NCBI GenBank assembly: GCA_943788295.1
Contig: CALSPS010000002.1
Location: 187,352-251,351 of the forward strand
Source of the DNA: Candidatus Poseidoniaceae archaeon
GTDB lineage: Archaea > Thermoplasmatota > Poseidoniia > Poseidoniales > Poseidoniaceae
Length of the DNA stretch: 64,000 nucleotides
Reading direction: 5' to 3'
Below the pieces are notes generated by a model. The model saw only the letters and a program-made list of their open reading frames with translations. It did no database searches and was not told the DNA's origin. A program made the translations under genes and the position numbers. Numbering within the stretch: position 1 is the first letter of the stretch; each line of letters begins with the position of its first letter. Shown one piece after another: positions 55,122-64,000 of the stretch.

Positions 55122-55595
55122 GTGGCCATGGAGTTGAGCGGAAAGGTCAGCAGCGGTCTAGGCCGGGCGCACGTGTTCATGGCTCAACCGCACTACCAAG
55201 AGCAATTCCGGGCTCTGCTTGGAAAAACGGCATGGCCGGGAACGCTCAATGTAACCGTTCACGGGACTGATTTGATCAACTATATTGCCTTAAGAAAGAA
55301 GTCAGGCATCGATACATTGGACGCGTCAACAGAGGACCGTGACGCTGCACTGAATGTCCCCGTCGGTTCTTTTGAGGCTCATCGAATCCGTGGTTTTCTA
55401 AGGGATGGTGTATCCTTTGGCGGTGCTACAGCATTCATAGCCGAATTCAAAACTCAATCTGGTACCATCGCATGTGCATTGCTTATCCCCGACTTGACCC
55501 GACACATCGACGTTGTCGAGGTCATTGCAGGAGCATGTTTGCGTGAAAAGTTCAACCTTGAAGACGATGCACTGGTCCAAATAAAGTTGGATTGA
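55122..55595 (+). CDS. ribK: CTP-dependent riboflavin kinase, archaeal type (DUF120/MJ0056 family)
   Basis: GKVSSGLGRAHVF...PGTLNV and the C-terminal LREKFNLEDDALVQIKL match MJ0056-type RibK (GEVVSGLGEGRYF...EGTLNL...LREQFNLKDGDVIKI). Confidence 0.75.
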   Translation: MAMELSGKVSSGLGRAHVFMAQPHYQEQFRALLGKTAWPGTLNVTVHGTDLINYIALRKKSGIDTLDASTEDRDAALNVPVGSFEAHRIRGFLRDGVSFGGATAFIAEFKTQSGTIACALLIPDLTRHIDVVEVIAGACLREKFNLEDDALVQIKLD

Positions 55596-55597
55596 TC

Positions 55598-56512
55598 TCA
55601 TCGATGACGAACGATGGGAAGTTCCCCTAACCTTGCCCACTCATTAAGGAGCAGGCTCTTTTGCTCATGGCGGGCAGCCTCTCTCCATCGCTTTCTCATC
55701 GTTCGCTCAACGGCTGGTCCAGCAGGAGGTGCTGAGAAACATTGCACATGAATGGGAGTTGCATCAAGAGGTAATTCATCCCAGTGCACACCCCACAAGA
55801 TCAACCAATCCGGTGGGGCCACTCCAAAGTCCGCAGGTGTATCCGCATCCTCAAGGGCAGCCTTCACCTCTGCTGGGTCAATTTCTCCAATGCACATTCT
55901 ATGCAGAGCCATCGCAGTGCGTCGGACTTGATTCCAAAGGAACGCTTCGCCGACAATTTCGAATCCTACCACCCGCTTATCGACCACCCAAGGGGTGCAA
56001 GAATAAATCGTTCGAATGGGGTTCTTTCCTTCTTCAAGCCGAGCAAAATTCGTTGCATCATACGTTCCTTCAAACATCTCCAACCAGTCGGTGAACACTT
56101 CGCCTGGGTGAGTCCAAAACTCGATGCCTTCAAGCCGGTAACGGTAAACCCGGTGAACGGCCATACGAGGGTTCCATGATTCATCGATTTCCTTCACATC
56201 GAGAAATGCGATGTCTTTTGGAAGCCTGTCATCAAGCGCCCGCACCATTTTTCGTGGCGTTAATGCTTGCCATAATTCCCTTTTTATTCGAACTACACCG
56301 CCGTTCAATCTGACATGAACACCAGCATCGGTTCTGCTCGAGAGCACAAGGTTGTGTTGATCTTCTTCCGGGTCAAGCCACTTTAAGCTCCGAAACACCC
56401 GGATGAGTTCGCCTTGTACAGTTTTCACATCCGGTTGAATCTGACTGCCATGATAAGCATCGCCAAGATAGCCAATTCGAAAGGCAAGGCGAACGGTGGT
56501 GCCGTCCGCCAT
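55598..56512 (-). CDS. truA: tRNA pseudouridine(38-40) synthase TruA
   Basis: RIGYLGDAYHGSQIQP (YdGt.f.GwQ.Q) and the catalytic SRTDAGVHV motif are present. Confidence 0.8.
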   Translation of the reverse strand: MADGTTVRLAFRIGYLGDAYHGSQIQPDVKTVQGELIRVFRSLKWLDPEEDQHNLVLSSRTDAGVHVRLNGGVVRIKRELWQALTPRKMVRALDDRLPKDIAFLDVKEIDESWNPRMAVHRVYRYRLEGIEFWTHPGEVFTDWLEMFEGTYDATNFARLEEGKNPIRTIYSCTPWVVDKRVVGFEIVGEAFLWNQVRRTAMALHRMCIGEIDPAEVKAALEDADTPADFGVAPPDWLILWGVHWDELPLDATPIHVQCFSAPPAGPAVERTMRKRWREAARHEQKSLLLNEWARLGELPIVRHR

Positions 56513-56521
56513 CTGCTCACC

Positions 56522-57043
56522 TCAAGCGTCTTCAGAGAGCATTTCAATGGCTTCTTCAGGAGAGTAACCGAGTCCACCAACAGCCCACATCAGGGCCTGC
56601 TTGAGCCAGGGTTGAACCATTGGGTTCTTCTTGGTAGGATCCATCACCTCGATGGCATCGACAATGTTTCGACTTGCATTGAACAAGACTTCATCGGTCG
56701 GGATGTCATTTAGTTCGAGTTTCTTTGCATACCGTTGGAATTCTTTGACCGCGACAGGTATGCGTCGGCATTCAAGGGCAAAAGTGGCGAAATCAGCAAT
56801 ATATTCCTCGTTTTCCTCATCGAGTTGCATTGCTTTTTTGTACGCCATCATGATCTTTCCCCCGGGAATGATGTCGTCTTGAGCTTCCATGTTCTTCATG
56901 TTGGCAAATTCTGCATACATGTGGTGAACTTGTGCGTTTGTCTTATTGGTTGACATTTTTGCGTCAAGGTCTGCAATGGCACCATCGAGGTCGCCATTAC
57001 GAAGCATTTCAATCGGGCCTTGGAGAAGTTCATCATCGCTCAT
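56522..57043 (-). CDS. Hypothetical helical protein
   Basis: 173 aa, acidic, helical repeat character. No motif. 9-nt gap to truA. Confidence 0.3.
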   Translation of the reverse strand: MSDDELLQGPIEMLRNGDLDGAIADLDAKMSTNKTNAQVHHMYAEFANMKNMEAQDDIIPGGKIMMAYKKAMQLDEENEEYIADFATFALECRRIPVAVKEFQRYAKKLELNDIPTDEVLFNASRNIVDAIEVMDPTKKNPMVQPWLKQALMWAVGGLGYSPEEAIEMLSEDA

Positions 57044-57107
57044 GGTTATCGCCTGTTTTGTTCGGGTGCGTTAGGGCTTTTGAATCACTCGTTTGAGCGT
57101 TTTCGAT

Positions 57108-58169
57108 TCAATCTTTGGAAGTGGTTTCAGAAATTGTTTTCTTCAAATCACTGAGGAGGTGGGATTGACTGTTTTTCTTGTGCATTTCATTCAACAATCC
57201 TTTGGCTTTTTCCCACTTTCGGATGTTGTACATGCAATGCTTTGGATCTGGACGTACGGTTCGGATGGTTCGTTGGTATGTCATGATGCCAATGAATGTT
57301 CGAATGAGGCCTTTGCCGGCTTTTTCGACTTTTGAATCGTTCTCATTTTCGCTTGTTCCTGGAATGCTATGCTTGACGACTGGAACGTTGCTTTCCTCGA
57401 CAATGCCTACGCCGGAATCGGTCAACACCGTAACGGTCGCAAAACCAAGCAGGGTGCCGGTTGGAGATCGAGCAACGACAACTTCTGAGATGCGATCGAA
57501 AAGAATTCGGCGATGGGAGCGTGAAAGCAAAAAGCTGTGTTCAAAGATGATAGCGTCGCTGGTGATGGCGTAATGGAAACTGCGTTGGTAGTAGTAAACT
57601 AAGGCCATGTACGCTGCAACAAATCCACCACCAAAGATGATGAAGTTGTAATTTGGTAGGTATCCGGTATTGCTGTCGTTCAACAGCCCGGTCATGGCGA
57701 TTAAATCATCCAACAAGACAAGGGTTGGTGCAAGCGAGACAATAAGGAGGCCAAAAGTCACCCATCGACCCGATGTCGAGACGTTCATCAACCGATTCAT
57801 CCAAGTGATGAACAACATGACTCCTGTCAGGCCAGCCGCACCGCTGGAGAAGAAGATGGTGGCGAGTAAGCCAACAAAGAAACTCTCGTTGTCTTTCCCG
57901 GGTTCAAACTCAAAAACCAAGTGAATGGCGAGCACAAGAAGGCCAAGCATGTACAGGTTGAGGAATGCAAAGGTGCTCGGCCGCTTTGTGAGCAAGACTT
58001 CCTCGCCGGCAATCAAGCGGAATTTCTTCGACAACTTCTCTTGTTCTGCAGCCATTTCCGCCGCTTGAGATGCTATTGGATCGACAACCGTTTCTTCTTC
58101 GGGGGTCGCCCCGGCCTCTGTGGATTCTTCGCTCATAGCAATCGCTCCATTCGTTTGTGGCGCAGACAA
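57108..58169 (-). CDS. Membrane protein with bacterial-PH (bPH_2/YdbT-like, DUF304) domain
   Basis: It has 4-5 TM helices. YAITSDAIIFEHSFLLSRSHRRILFDRISEVVV...GTLLGFATVTVLT resembles the bPH_2 membrane-flanked PH domain consensus. Confidence 0.45.
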   Translation of the reverse strand: MSAPQTNGAIAMSEESTEAGATPEEETVVDPIASQAAEMAAEQEKLSKKFRLIAGEEVLLTKRPSTFAFLNLYMLGLLVLAIHLVFEFEPGKDNESFFVGLLATIFFSSGAAGLTGVMLFITWMNRLMNVSTSGRWVTFGLLIVSLAPTLVLLDDLIAMTGLLNDSNTGYLPNYNFIIFGGGFVAAYMALVYYYQRSFHYAITSDAIIFEHSFLLSRSHRRILFDRISEVVVARSPTGTLLGFATVTVLTDSGVGIVEESNVPVVKHSIPGTSENENDSKVEKAGKGLIRTFIGIMTYQRTIRTVRPDPKHCMYNIRKWEKAKGLLNEMHKKNSQSHLLSDLKKTISETTSKD

Positions 58170-58238
58170 CCCAAATAAGTCCTTCCACGGTTGCGTCGAA
58201 AATGCATGGCCTCTCGGCTGTTTATCATGAATCGAAGT

Positions 58239-59444
58239 TCAGTGCAAAAAGCCCCAAGAATGTTCAGCATTGCCTCTCGCCCATGCATAGTCGGTTTCTT
58301 TTCGAACTCCATACTCGTCCATGATCCTTAATCGCTCGAGTTTCAGCGGATATTCATTGTATGTGAGGTGAGAGGTCATTCCTCCACGGGTTGGTTGATT
58401 GAAGGTCCAATGAGCGCGTTCGATTGCTTGAACTGTGAGTTCCATTGTTGTCCTGCCGTTCCACATTTTGATGTTGAACTTAGGCAAGGGTGCTCCTGGG
58501 TGGTGGGCATGTTTTCCTTCACTCATCTCCGAGCCCAATTTTTCAATCGTGATTCGATTGAACTTTTCACTCCGCTTGTGCTTGCCATCGTGGAAAAGAC
58601 CGCCTTGGGAAAGCCCCAAATGGCCAAAATCTCGACGTTTCCACGGACGATTGTCCCTTGCTGTGACAGTAAATGAGAGGTGAGGCATGAACCAGTCAAT
58701 GTAGGACCCATCATCGAGGTGAAGAACACCCCAATACCACGGGACTGAAGGGGCTTGGACACTCACCTTTTGGAAGTATGCAGTTCCTTTTACGACTTCA
58801 TCATCAAGGGTTCCTGAGGCCTTAGTGCCATGCAAACGTAGGATGTCATACCCCATGTTTCCAGCATAGGTTGCGGTTGCCTCCCTGGCCGTGGACATCG
58901 CTCCGTTCCAGGGGGTTAACTTGAGGCGCATTTCTTTGGGTACATTTGGATGGCTAGCCTCCTCATCGGTCGTTAGATTGAGCCAAAATTCACTCAAATC
59001 ACTCTTCAGGCCCATGCTTAGATCCTCCTCCAAAAGCGGCACCACTGCTCCGCCACCCTTACCCGAATTAGGATCGGCCGATGGCCACTTTGGGTGTGAA
59101 TCTGGCATGGCGACAATTCGGCAAATCCGTTTGATCACCGGCTCATGCATTTGTGTTCCATCGAACCACCATGCACAAACCATGCCATCAAGGGCCATGC
59201 CGTCGTGGTCGTCGAATCCTGGACGTCCTTGAGGGGTCCATGGAGTGCCACTGACTTCCACAAGAGGATTGTCTTTGGTCGACCACAGCACCATCAATTG
59301 GCGACCACTCGGCTTTCCATCAGGATCCTCGAGCATCACCAACCACCACCACCAATCCCATGTGAGATGGTGAAGAGGTGGCCTATTTTGTAGGGTCCAC
59401 ATCCCTGACAAATCACCAGCAAATGCAGTCATCTCATCGCTCAT
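58239..59444 (-). CDS. AttH/CrtC-like (hydroxyneurosporene synthase/lipocalin-like, COG5621) protein
   Basis: HHLTWDWWWWLVMLED resembles the EWWY motif near the N-terminus of the CrtC/AttH family. ~400 aa, beta-rich. It is the last gene of the ABC operon, with a 4-nt overlap. Confidence 0.4.
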   Translation of the reverse strand: MSDEMTAFAGDLSGMWTLQNRPPLHHLTWDWWWWLVMLEDPDGKPSGRQLMVLWSTKDNPLVEVSGTPWTPQGRPGFDDHDGMALDGMVCAWWFDGTQMHEPVIKRICRIVAMPDSHPKWPSADPNSGKGGGAVVPLLEEDLSMGLKSDLSEFWLNLTTDEEASHPNVPKEMRLKLTPWNGAMSTAREATATYAGNMGYDILRLHGTKASGTLDDEVVKGTAYFQKVSVQAPSVPWYWGVLHLDDGSYIDWFMPHLSFTVTARDNRPWKRRDFGHLGLSQGGLFHDGKHKRSEKFNRITIEKLGSEMSEGKHAHHPGAPLPKFNIKMWNGRTTMELTVQAIERAHWTFNQPTRGGMTSHLTYNEYPLKLERLRIMDEYGVRKETDYAWARGNAEHSWGFLH

Positions 59445-60751
59445 TCAATTTCCTTCCCTTTGAAAATTGCGCCACCAATAAACCACAAGACTGCGCCTTG
59501 AATCAACAAAACAATCGTGGCTATAATCGATGAAACCAAGCCTGTTGAACCAACACCTGGCCTAGAATAGAAGAAATCAAGCGCCAGAGCGCTGGTCTGA
59601 ATCGATCCAAAGTCGTCGTTGAATGAGGTTCCTTGCAAGAGGAATAAGTCCATGTTCGGCCATACGAGCATGGCAGCAGAATCAACGATCATCAAGGCCC
59701 AACCAATCACGGAAAACCGTAAAATTGACGCATCAGGGGCACCCATCGATAACAGGCACATGCCAAGTTCCCATGCTGCAAATGGGATGGCGAGAACGAT
59801 TCCGTATCTCCACATGACGCCTAATGCGCAAAACAGCATGCCATAGACGAGTGATGCCATCATTGTTGCAAAAACGATAGCAAGCCAAACGCCAAGGTCT
59901 GCAAATCTAAAGAAGCCTTCACTTGGACCCATGAAGCCAGAAATTAAGGCAAAGAGGAGGCCGATGCTGATGAAGTACGGCCAAACAATACCAAGATAGC
60001 CAAGAATTCGATACAGGAACACTTCCGTCCGAGCAATCGGCTTGGCCAACATAAAGTGCATCGTTCCTGCTGTCATTTCGTCACGAATCAATCCAGTGGC
60101 CAAGAACAATGGACAAAACAATCCGAGTAAGAGCACGAACCCCATTTTGCCCATGCCGAGCACAAAGGCCATGTGAGTTGCTTCCAATGCGTAGGCTGCA
60201 TCATCAGGATCTTCGTCCACATTGATGTCGGGATTTGCACTCCATTCCCCGTTGAATCGGTTTTGGACAAGTAAAACATCGCACTCAATGTCGTTGTCAT
60301 TTGTGTCTTTTCGCGATGATGTACCATCGTAATTGTAACAATCACCATCGTCATCAAATCCCGTGGATTGATAATTTGAGGTTCCGTCAAAGACGATGTC
60401 GAAGCCATCTTCATCGATGTAATTTGATGCAGGCTCCGGGGCTATGGGTGGGTCGAGAAGTCCGGGGTGCGAATCTGCCATGTAAGGGTCGGTGCCCCAT
60501 TTGAGTTCTTGTCCCGTTGGATAGCCATCGTTGTCGAGGTCCAAGCTGTCACCGTCATTATCAACCGATTCAAAACCTGTTGCCATCACGTCGATGTAGA
60601 TCAGCATCACAAGTGAAATGGCGACAAGGCCAACGCCAAGAACGACCCAAGTTGAGGTTTTGGTGCGGTATTGACGCATCGTAAATTCTGTGATGGCAGC
60701 CGCCTTTCGGTCAAGGGCGCGATAAATCGTGTTGGGCTTCGATTCCATCAC
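59441..60751 (-). CDS. ABC-2 type transporter permease with large extracytoplasmic Asp-rich (Ca-binding-like) loop
   Basis: The first TM is followed by a ~120-aa loop containing DNDGDSLDLDNDGYPTG ... DDDGDCYNYDG ... DNDIECD (DxDxDG-type repeats). About six further TM helices follow. The GTG/ATG start overlaps the upstream ATPase stop. Confidence 0.55.
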   Translation of the reverse strand: MMESKPNTIYRALDRKAAAITEFTMRQYRTKTSTWVVLGVGLVAISLVMLIYIDVMATGFESVDNDGDSLDLDNDGYPTGQELKWGTDPYMADSHPGLLDPPIAPEPASNYIDEDGFDIVFDGTSNYQSTGFDDDGDCYNYDGTSSRKDTNDNDIECDVLLVQNRFNGEWSANPDINVDEDPDDAAYALEATHMAFVLGMGKMGFVLLLGLFCPLFLATGLIRDEMTAGTMHFMLAKPIARTEVFLYRILGYLGIVWPYFISIGLLFALISGFMGPSEGFFRFADLGVWLAIVFATMMASLVYGMLFCALGVMWRYGIVLAIPFAAWELGMCLLSMGAPDASILRFSVIGWALMIVDSAAMLVWPNMDLFLLQGTSFNDDFGSIQTSALALDFFYSRPGVGSTGLVSSIIATIVLLIQGAVLWFIGGAIFKGKEIE

Positions 60752-61740
60752 AACGTCCCTCCGCTGGTAAGATAGCCAAGAATCGATGCTAAGTCATCAT
60801 CCGGGTTATCGATGCTGTGGATTCGATGGTTGTTGTCAACGATCACCGAAGGGAGTTTTGCATGTATTGCACCCAAGTTATGAGTTTGAATTGAGAGGTT
60901 GTTCTTGGTTGGGAATGAAATACCTGAAACATCATCCAAATCGATGACATCCTTTGCTAATGCTTTGGCGTCGTCCGCTTCAATGGTGATGCGGTGAGGG
61001 ATTTGGTCGAGTTTTTCACGTATGGCGTGAAGGTTACCGAGTGCTAAAAGTCGTCCATTGTGAAGGATGATAATTTGCTCAGTGATTCGTTCGATTTCCT
61101 GAAGGATGTGGCTGCTGACGATGATGGTTCGCCCCATTCGTCCCAATTCACGAATGACATTCATGATGGTTGTTCTTGCCAATGGGTCACACCCTTGGAG
61201 TGGTTCATCCAAAATGATCAGTTCTGGATCGTTGACGAGAGCATGCGCAATTTTTGCTCGTTGTCTCATCCCCTTGGAGTATTGCCCAATTTTCTTGTGT
61301 GCAACATCAGCAAGCCCAACGAATTTCAACACTCGGTCCGCCTCAACCATCGCTTCTGCTCGGGTTAGGCCGTTTAGCCTCGCAAAAGTGGAGACGAATT
61401 GATGGGCCGTCATCCAGTCGTACATTTTCTCGTGTTCGGGTACAAACCCTACTCTGGCGTACGGTGCTGGGTTTTTCCACGGGTCGGTGCCAAATAAGCG
61501 AATCTTACCTTGACTTGGTTTGAGTTTACCCATGAGCAATTTGAACATGGTCGATTTACCTGCCCCGTTCATGCCAAGCACGCCTGTTACGCCGCCATTA
61601 AGGGCAAGTGTGATGTTCGAGAGTGCAAAGATTCGCCCGTATGATTTCGAAACGCCCTCAAGCAGAACAGCCGGTGCCGTTGTGTCTGGCCGCCATGCCT
61701 CAGTCTGGCCTTTCCCTTCTTGATCAAAATCTGGCATCAT
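60748..61740 (-). CDS. ABC transporter ATP-binding protein
   Basis: Walker A GMNGAGKST, Q-loop, ABC signature YSKGMRQRAKIA, Walker B LIILDEP, and H-loop SSHIL are present. Start set at ATG 61738-61740, giving an ATGA overlap with the upstream permease stop. The track ORF to 61893 is over-extended. Confidence 0.85.
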   Translation of the reverse strand: MMPDFDQEGKGQTEAWRPDTTAPAVLLEGVSKSYGRIFALSNITLALNGGVTGVLGMNGAGKSTMFKLLMGKLKPSQGKIRLFGTDPWKNPAPYARVGFVPEHEKMYDWMTAHQFVSTFARLNGLTRAEAMVEADRVLKFVGLADVAHKKIGQYSKGMRQRAKIAHALVNDPELIILDEPLQGCDPLARTTIMNVIRELGRMGRTIIVSSHILQEIERITEQIIILHNGRLLALGNLHAIREKLDQIPHRITIEADDAKALAKDVIDLDDVSGISFPTKNNLSIQTHNLGAIHAKLPSVIVDNNHRIHSIDNPDDDLASILGYLTSGGTL

Positions 61741-62780
61741 TCTCGAGTCACCTCCATCGATGATACTCGCGCACTCAGTGTGTAGAGCGCTATGGCATTC
61801 ATTGCAATCACGGAGGCCAACGACCACGTCCAAGAATATTGGTCGTAAGTGGGCTGGGTCCCAATCAGCGTTTGCCCAACATGCGCCATGCAATCATAGG
61901 GCGAAAGGAGGTAGAGAATCTCACGATCGAACAATGTTGAAACCAAAACAGCGAGCACTTTTGTTCCCAAGACGATGGACAGAAGTCCAATTCCGGGGAA
62001 AAATTTACCCTTGGAAACACTTGACAAGGCTAGGCCTATGCTGGTGTAGGTGAACACAAGCATCACGCCCGAAAGGAAGGCTGCGAGAAACAAGGGGAAG
62101 GTATCCATAATCCAAGCCCAGCCGCGACCAAGGGCAATGATTTCAGCGAAGTAATACAAGGTCAGGCTAAGAAGCACGATGATGGATTGAATGACGGCAA
62201 CGGAGATAAATTTCATTCCAACGTAATCGAATCGGGTGATCGGGCGAGAAAAGTAAAGCGCCGATGTGCCATGTTGCCTGTCTTCAGAAATGACGCTACC
62301 GACCAATAATGCGGCAATGATTGGGTAATAGAGGACATTTCTTGGAAAGAAACCAAGCACATGGCCGTACAAGTTATCCCTGCTGACCCCCCAAAGTTGG
62401 TGCAGTGTGCTTTCACCGATCAGACCTGAGATGAGCGTCAATCCAGCATTGCTCAATGAAGCAATGAACACGACCAGAATAAACAGGCGCGTTGGCATGC
62501 CCCATGGGCGGTGTCCCTTCTTGAAAATTCCAAGCAAGTGATGGCGTAAAATCGCCCAGTTTCTCATCCATCGAGGGTTGAGTTCCCCGTTCCACGGTTT
62601 GTATTCTTGCGAGAAGATCTCTCCGCCAGCCGCTGGCGTGTTGGCCACTGGCGTGCTGAGGTCCTCATCGCCTGCTGTCGATCCCCAAGCAGCATCCATT
62701 CGCCCTTGGCCCGTGACTGGGGCAGCTGCGTCGAATTGGACAGGAGGTGCATCTTGGCCCAAAGGTGGCTCTTCAGTCAA
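61737..62780 (-). CDS. ABC-2 type transporter permease
   Basis: Six TM helices after a low-complexity N-terminus. The TTG start at 62780 overlaps the upstream ATPase stop (TTGA). An alternative ATG is at 62702. Confidence 0.55.
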   Translation of the reverse strand: MTEEPPLGQDAPPVQFDAAAPVTGQGRMDAAWGSTAGDEDLSTPVANTPAAGGEIFSQEYKPWNGELNPRWMRNWAILRHHLLGIFKKGHRPWGMPTRLFILVVFIASLSNAGLTLISGLIGESTLHQLWGVSRDNLYGHVLGFFPRNVLYYPIIAALLVGSVISEDRQHGTSALYFSRPITRFDYVGMKFISVAVIQSIIVLLSLTLYYFAEIIALGRGWAWIMDTFPLFLAAFLSGVMLVFTYTSIGLALSSVSKGKFFPGIGLLSIVLGTKVLAVLVSTLFDREILYLLSPYDCMAHVGQTLIGTQPTYDQYSWTWSLASVIAMNAIALYTLSARVSSMEVTRE

Positions 62781-63805
62781 GCTCCGCCACCTCCCATGTG
62801 GGCGGGTGCGTCCACCTTTCGTGCAAGGGCGGGTGAGGCAAGCAAGTCTTCGCTTGACTTCACGTCATAGCCTAGGTTTTCCATGATGACCAAAAATAAG
62901 TCCTCAAGTGATGCTTCATATTCGTGCATTCGTCGAACTTGAGCGCCTGTTTCAGCAGCACACCTCAAGATCCGGGTTGACGTGTCCTCACCGGTGTGTG
63001 CGATTCGCATGACGCGACCTTCGCGTCGCACCGTGAGTCCATCTGCATGCAATGCCTGTTCGAGGCGAGTCGCCCCACCCCACACGTGAATCTCGATTTC
63101 ACGGTCAATGGCTTTGAGATCTTCAATGGCGCCTTGGGCAGCAAGCTTCCCCTTGTGGAGAAGGACAATATTGTCGCACACTCGCTCCACGTCATCCATG
63201 AGATGGGACGCCATCAATACAGAGCGGTTTCCAGATTGAACGGTCGTTGTAAGGGTTTGAATCATGAATTCTCTGGCCTTTGCATCCAAACCGTTTGAGG
63301 GTTCATCAGCGATGATCAGTTCTGGGTCATGGATAAGGGCGCAGGCTAACTTTGTGGCTTGCTTCATGCCAGTGGAAAAACTCCCAATGTTACGGTATCG
63401 TTGCTCTCCAATGCCTACGTATTGAAGTGACTCGTGAGCGCGTGCGAGGGCGATGGTTGGATTCATACCCAACAATTCACCAGAGTATCGAACTTGGTGG
63501 ATTGCATCCATATCGGGGTTGAGTGCATCGTATTCAGGCATGTAACCAATTCGTGCTCGGATTGCATCGCCTTCGGTGCGGATATCATGCCCAAGAACAG
63601 TTCCCTCGCCCTCCGTGGCTTGGATCAAGCCAAGGATGGTTTTTAGGAAGGTCGATTTGCCAGCTCCGTTCGGTCCTAGGAGGCCAGTAGCACCCTTTTT
63701 GACAGCCAAATTTAGATTGTCAAGGGCCACATGAGGGCCGTACGATTTAGTGAGGTTTGTTGTTTTGATAATCAGTTCATCCATACCAAAAGCCCCCCTC
63801 ATCAA
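62777..63805 (-). CDS. ABC transporter ATP-binding protein
   Basis: Walker A GPNGAGKST, signature FSTGMKQATKLA, Walker B LIIADEP, and H-loop ASHLM are present. The likely start is MDELIIK at 63784, preceded by GAGGGGGG. Confidence 0.85.
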   Translation of the reverse strand: MMRGAFGMDELIIKTTNLTKSYGPHVALDNLNLAVKKGATGLLGPNGAGKSTFLKTILGLIQATEGEGTVLGHDIRTEGDAIRARIGYMPEYDALNPDMDAIHQVRYSGELLGMNPTIALARAHESLQYVGIGEQRYRNIGSFSTGMKQATKLACALIHDPELIIADEPSNGLDAKAREFMIQTLTTTVQSGNRSVLMASHLMDDVERVCDNIVLLHKGKLAAQGAIEDLKAIDREIEIHVWGGATRLEQALHADGLTVRREGRVMRIAHTGEDTSTRILRCAAETGAQVRRMHEYEASLEDLFLVIMENLGYDVKSSEDLLASPALARKVDAPAHMGGGGA

Positions 63806-63871
63806 AAACGACGTAAGCGACGGACCTTCAATGCTACCACGTTTTGTGGTCGATTAAAGTGGACTACTGGG

Positions 63872-64000
63872 CTATGCCGCCACGGGTTTTAACGGCAATT
63901 CCTTTCTTGAATCCTTGGAATTCATCTGCGGTGCTGTTGGCGAGCCCATGTCCGAGGAGGTCGCCTTTCTGATTGACGATGAGGCAAGTTTGTGCTGGGC
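63872..64000 (-). CDS. Partial ORF of unknown function (C-terminal 42 codons, continues beyond the window)
   Basis: Open minus-strand frame ...QHKLASSSIRKATSSDMGSPTAPQMNSKDSRKELPLKPVAA ending with TAG at 63872-63874. No motif. It could be non-coding leader. Confidence 0.15.
   Translation of the reverse strand, partial: AQHKLASSSIRKATSSDMGSPTAPQMNSKDSRKELPLKPVAA

Overview
This 64 kb window is a gene-dense, mostly housekeeping chromosomal segment that is almost certainly archaeal, with roughly 50% GC. The archaeal call rests on:
- a TFIIB-type transcription factor (TFB) with an N-terminal zinc ribbon;
- an unlisted 49-aa ribosomal protein L40e;
- a membrane-anchored archaeal LonB protease;
- archaeal/eukaryotic-type PheRS alpha and archaeal-type AspRS;
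- an A24 prepilin/preflagellin peptidase, a CTP-dependent riboflavin kinase (DUF120) and a UPF0147 protein.

Alongside these are many bacterial-looking metabolic genes (MetK of the bacterial/eukaryal type, glutathione peroxidase, GST, Kbl, FolD, PurA, citrate synthase, a DEAD-box helicase). That mix fits a planktonic Thermoplasmatota-like (MGII/III-style) archaeon, but the lineage is only an inference. Two tRNAs are present: tRNA-Ala(TGC) carrying the G3:U70 identity pair, and tRNA-Thr(TGT).

Accessory-looking content, in order of interest:
1. A translationally coupled three-gene operon on the minus strand at 47498..51965: a DUF835-like protein, then a DnaA-homologous AAA+ protein whose Walker-A lysine is replaced by arginine, then a YkgJ-type CxxCxxCC protein.
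2. Next to tRNA-Ala, a coiled-coil protein with a C-terminal PD-(D/E)XK nuclease-like domain (DUF2130/RmuC-like) plus a small upstream ORF.
3. Two giant secreted, membrane-anchored surface proteins. One carries a near-perfect 30-bp tandem repeat encoding an array of NGT N-glycosylation sequons, an SGNH-hydrolase-like domain and a C-terminal cytoplasmic zinc ribbon.
4. A five-gene, ATGA/TTGA-coupled operon of two ABC ATPase/ABC-2 permease pairs plus an AttH/CrtC-like lipocalin protein.
5. A PAP2 membrane phosphatase fusion divergent from a GDPD phosphodiesterase.

No CRISPR array, integrase or transposase was seen. Several ORF-track start codons appear too far upstream and were adjusted.
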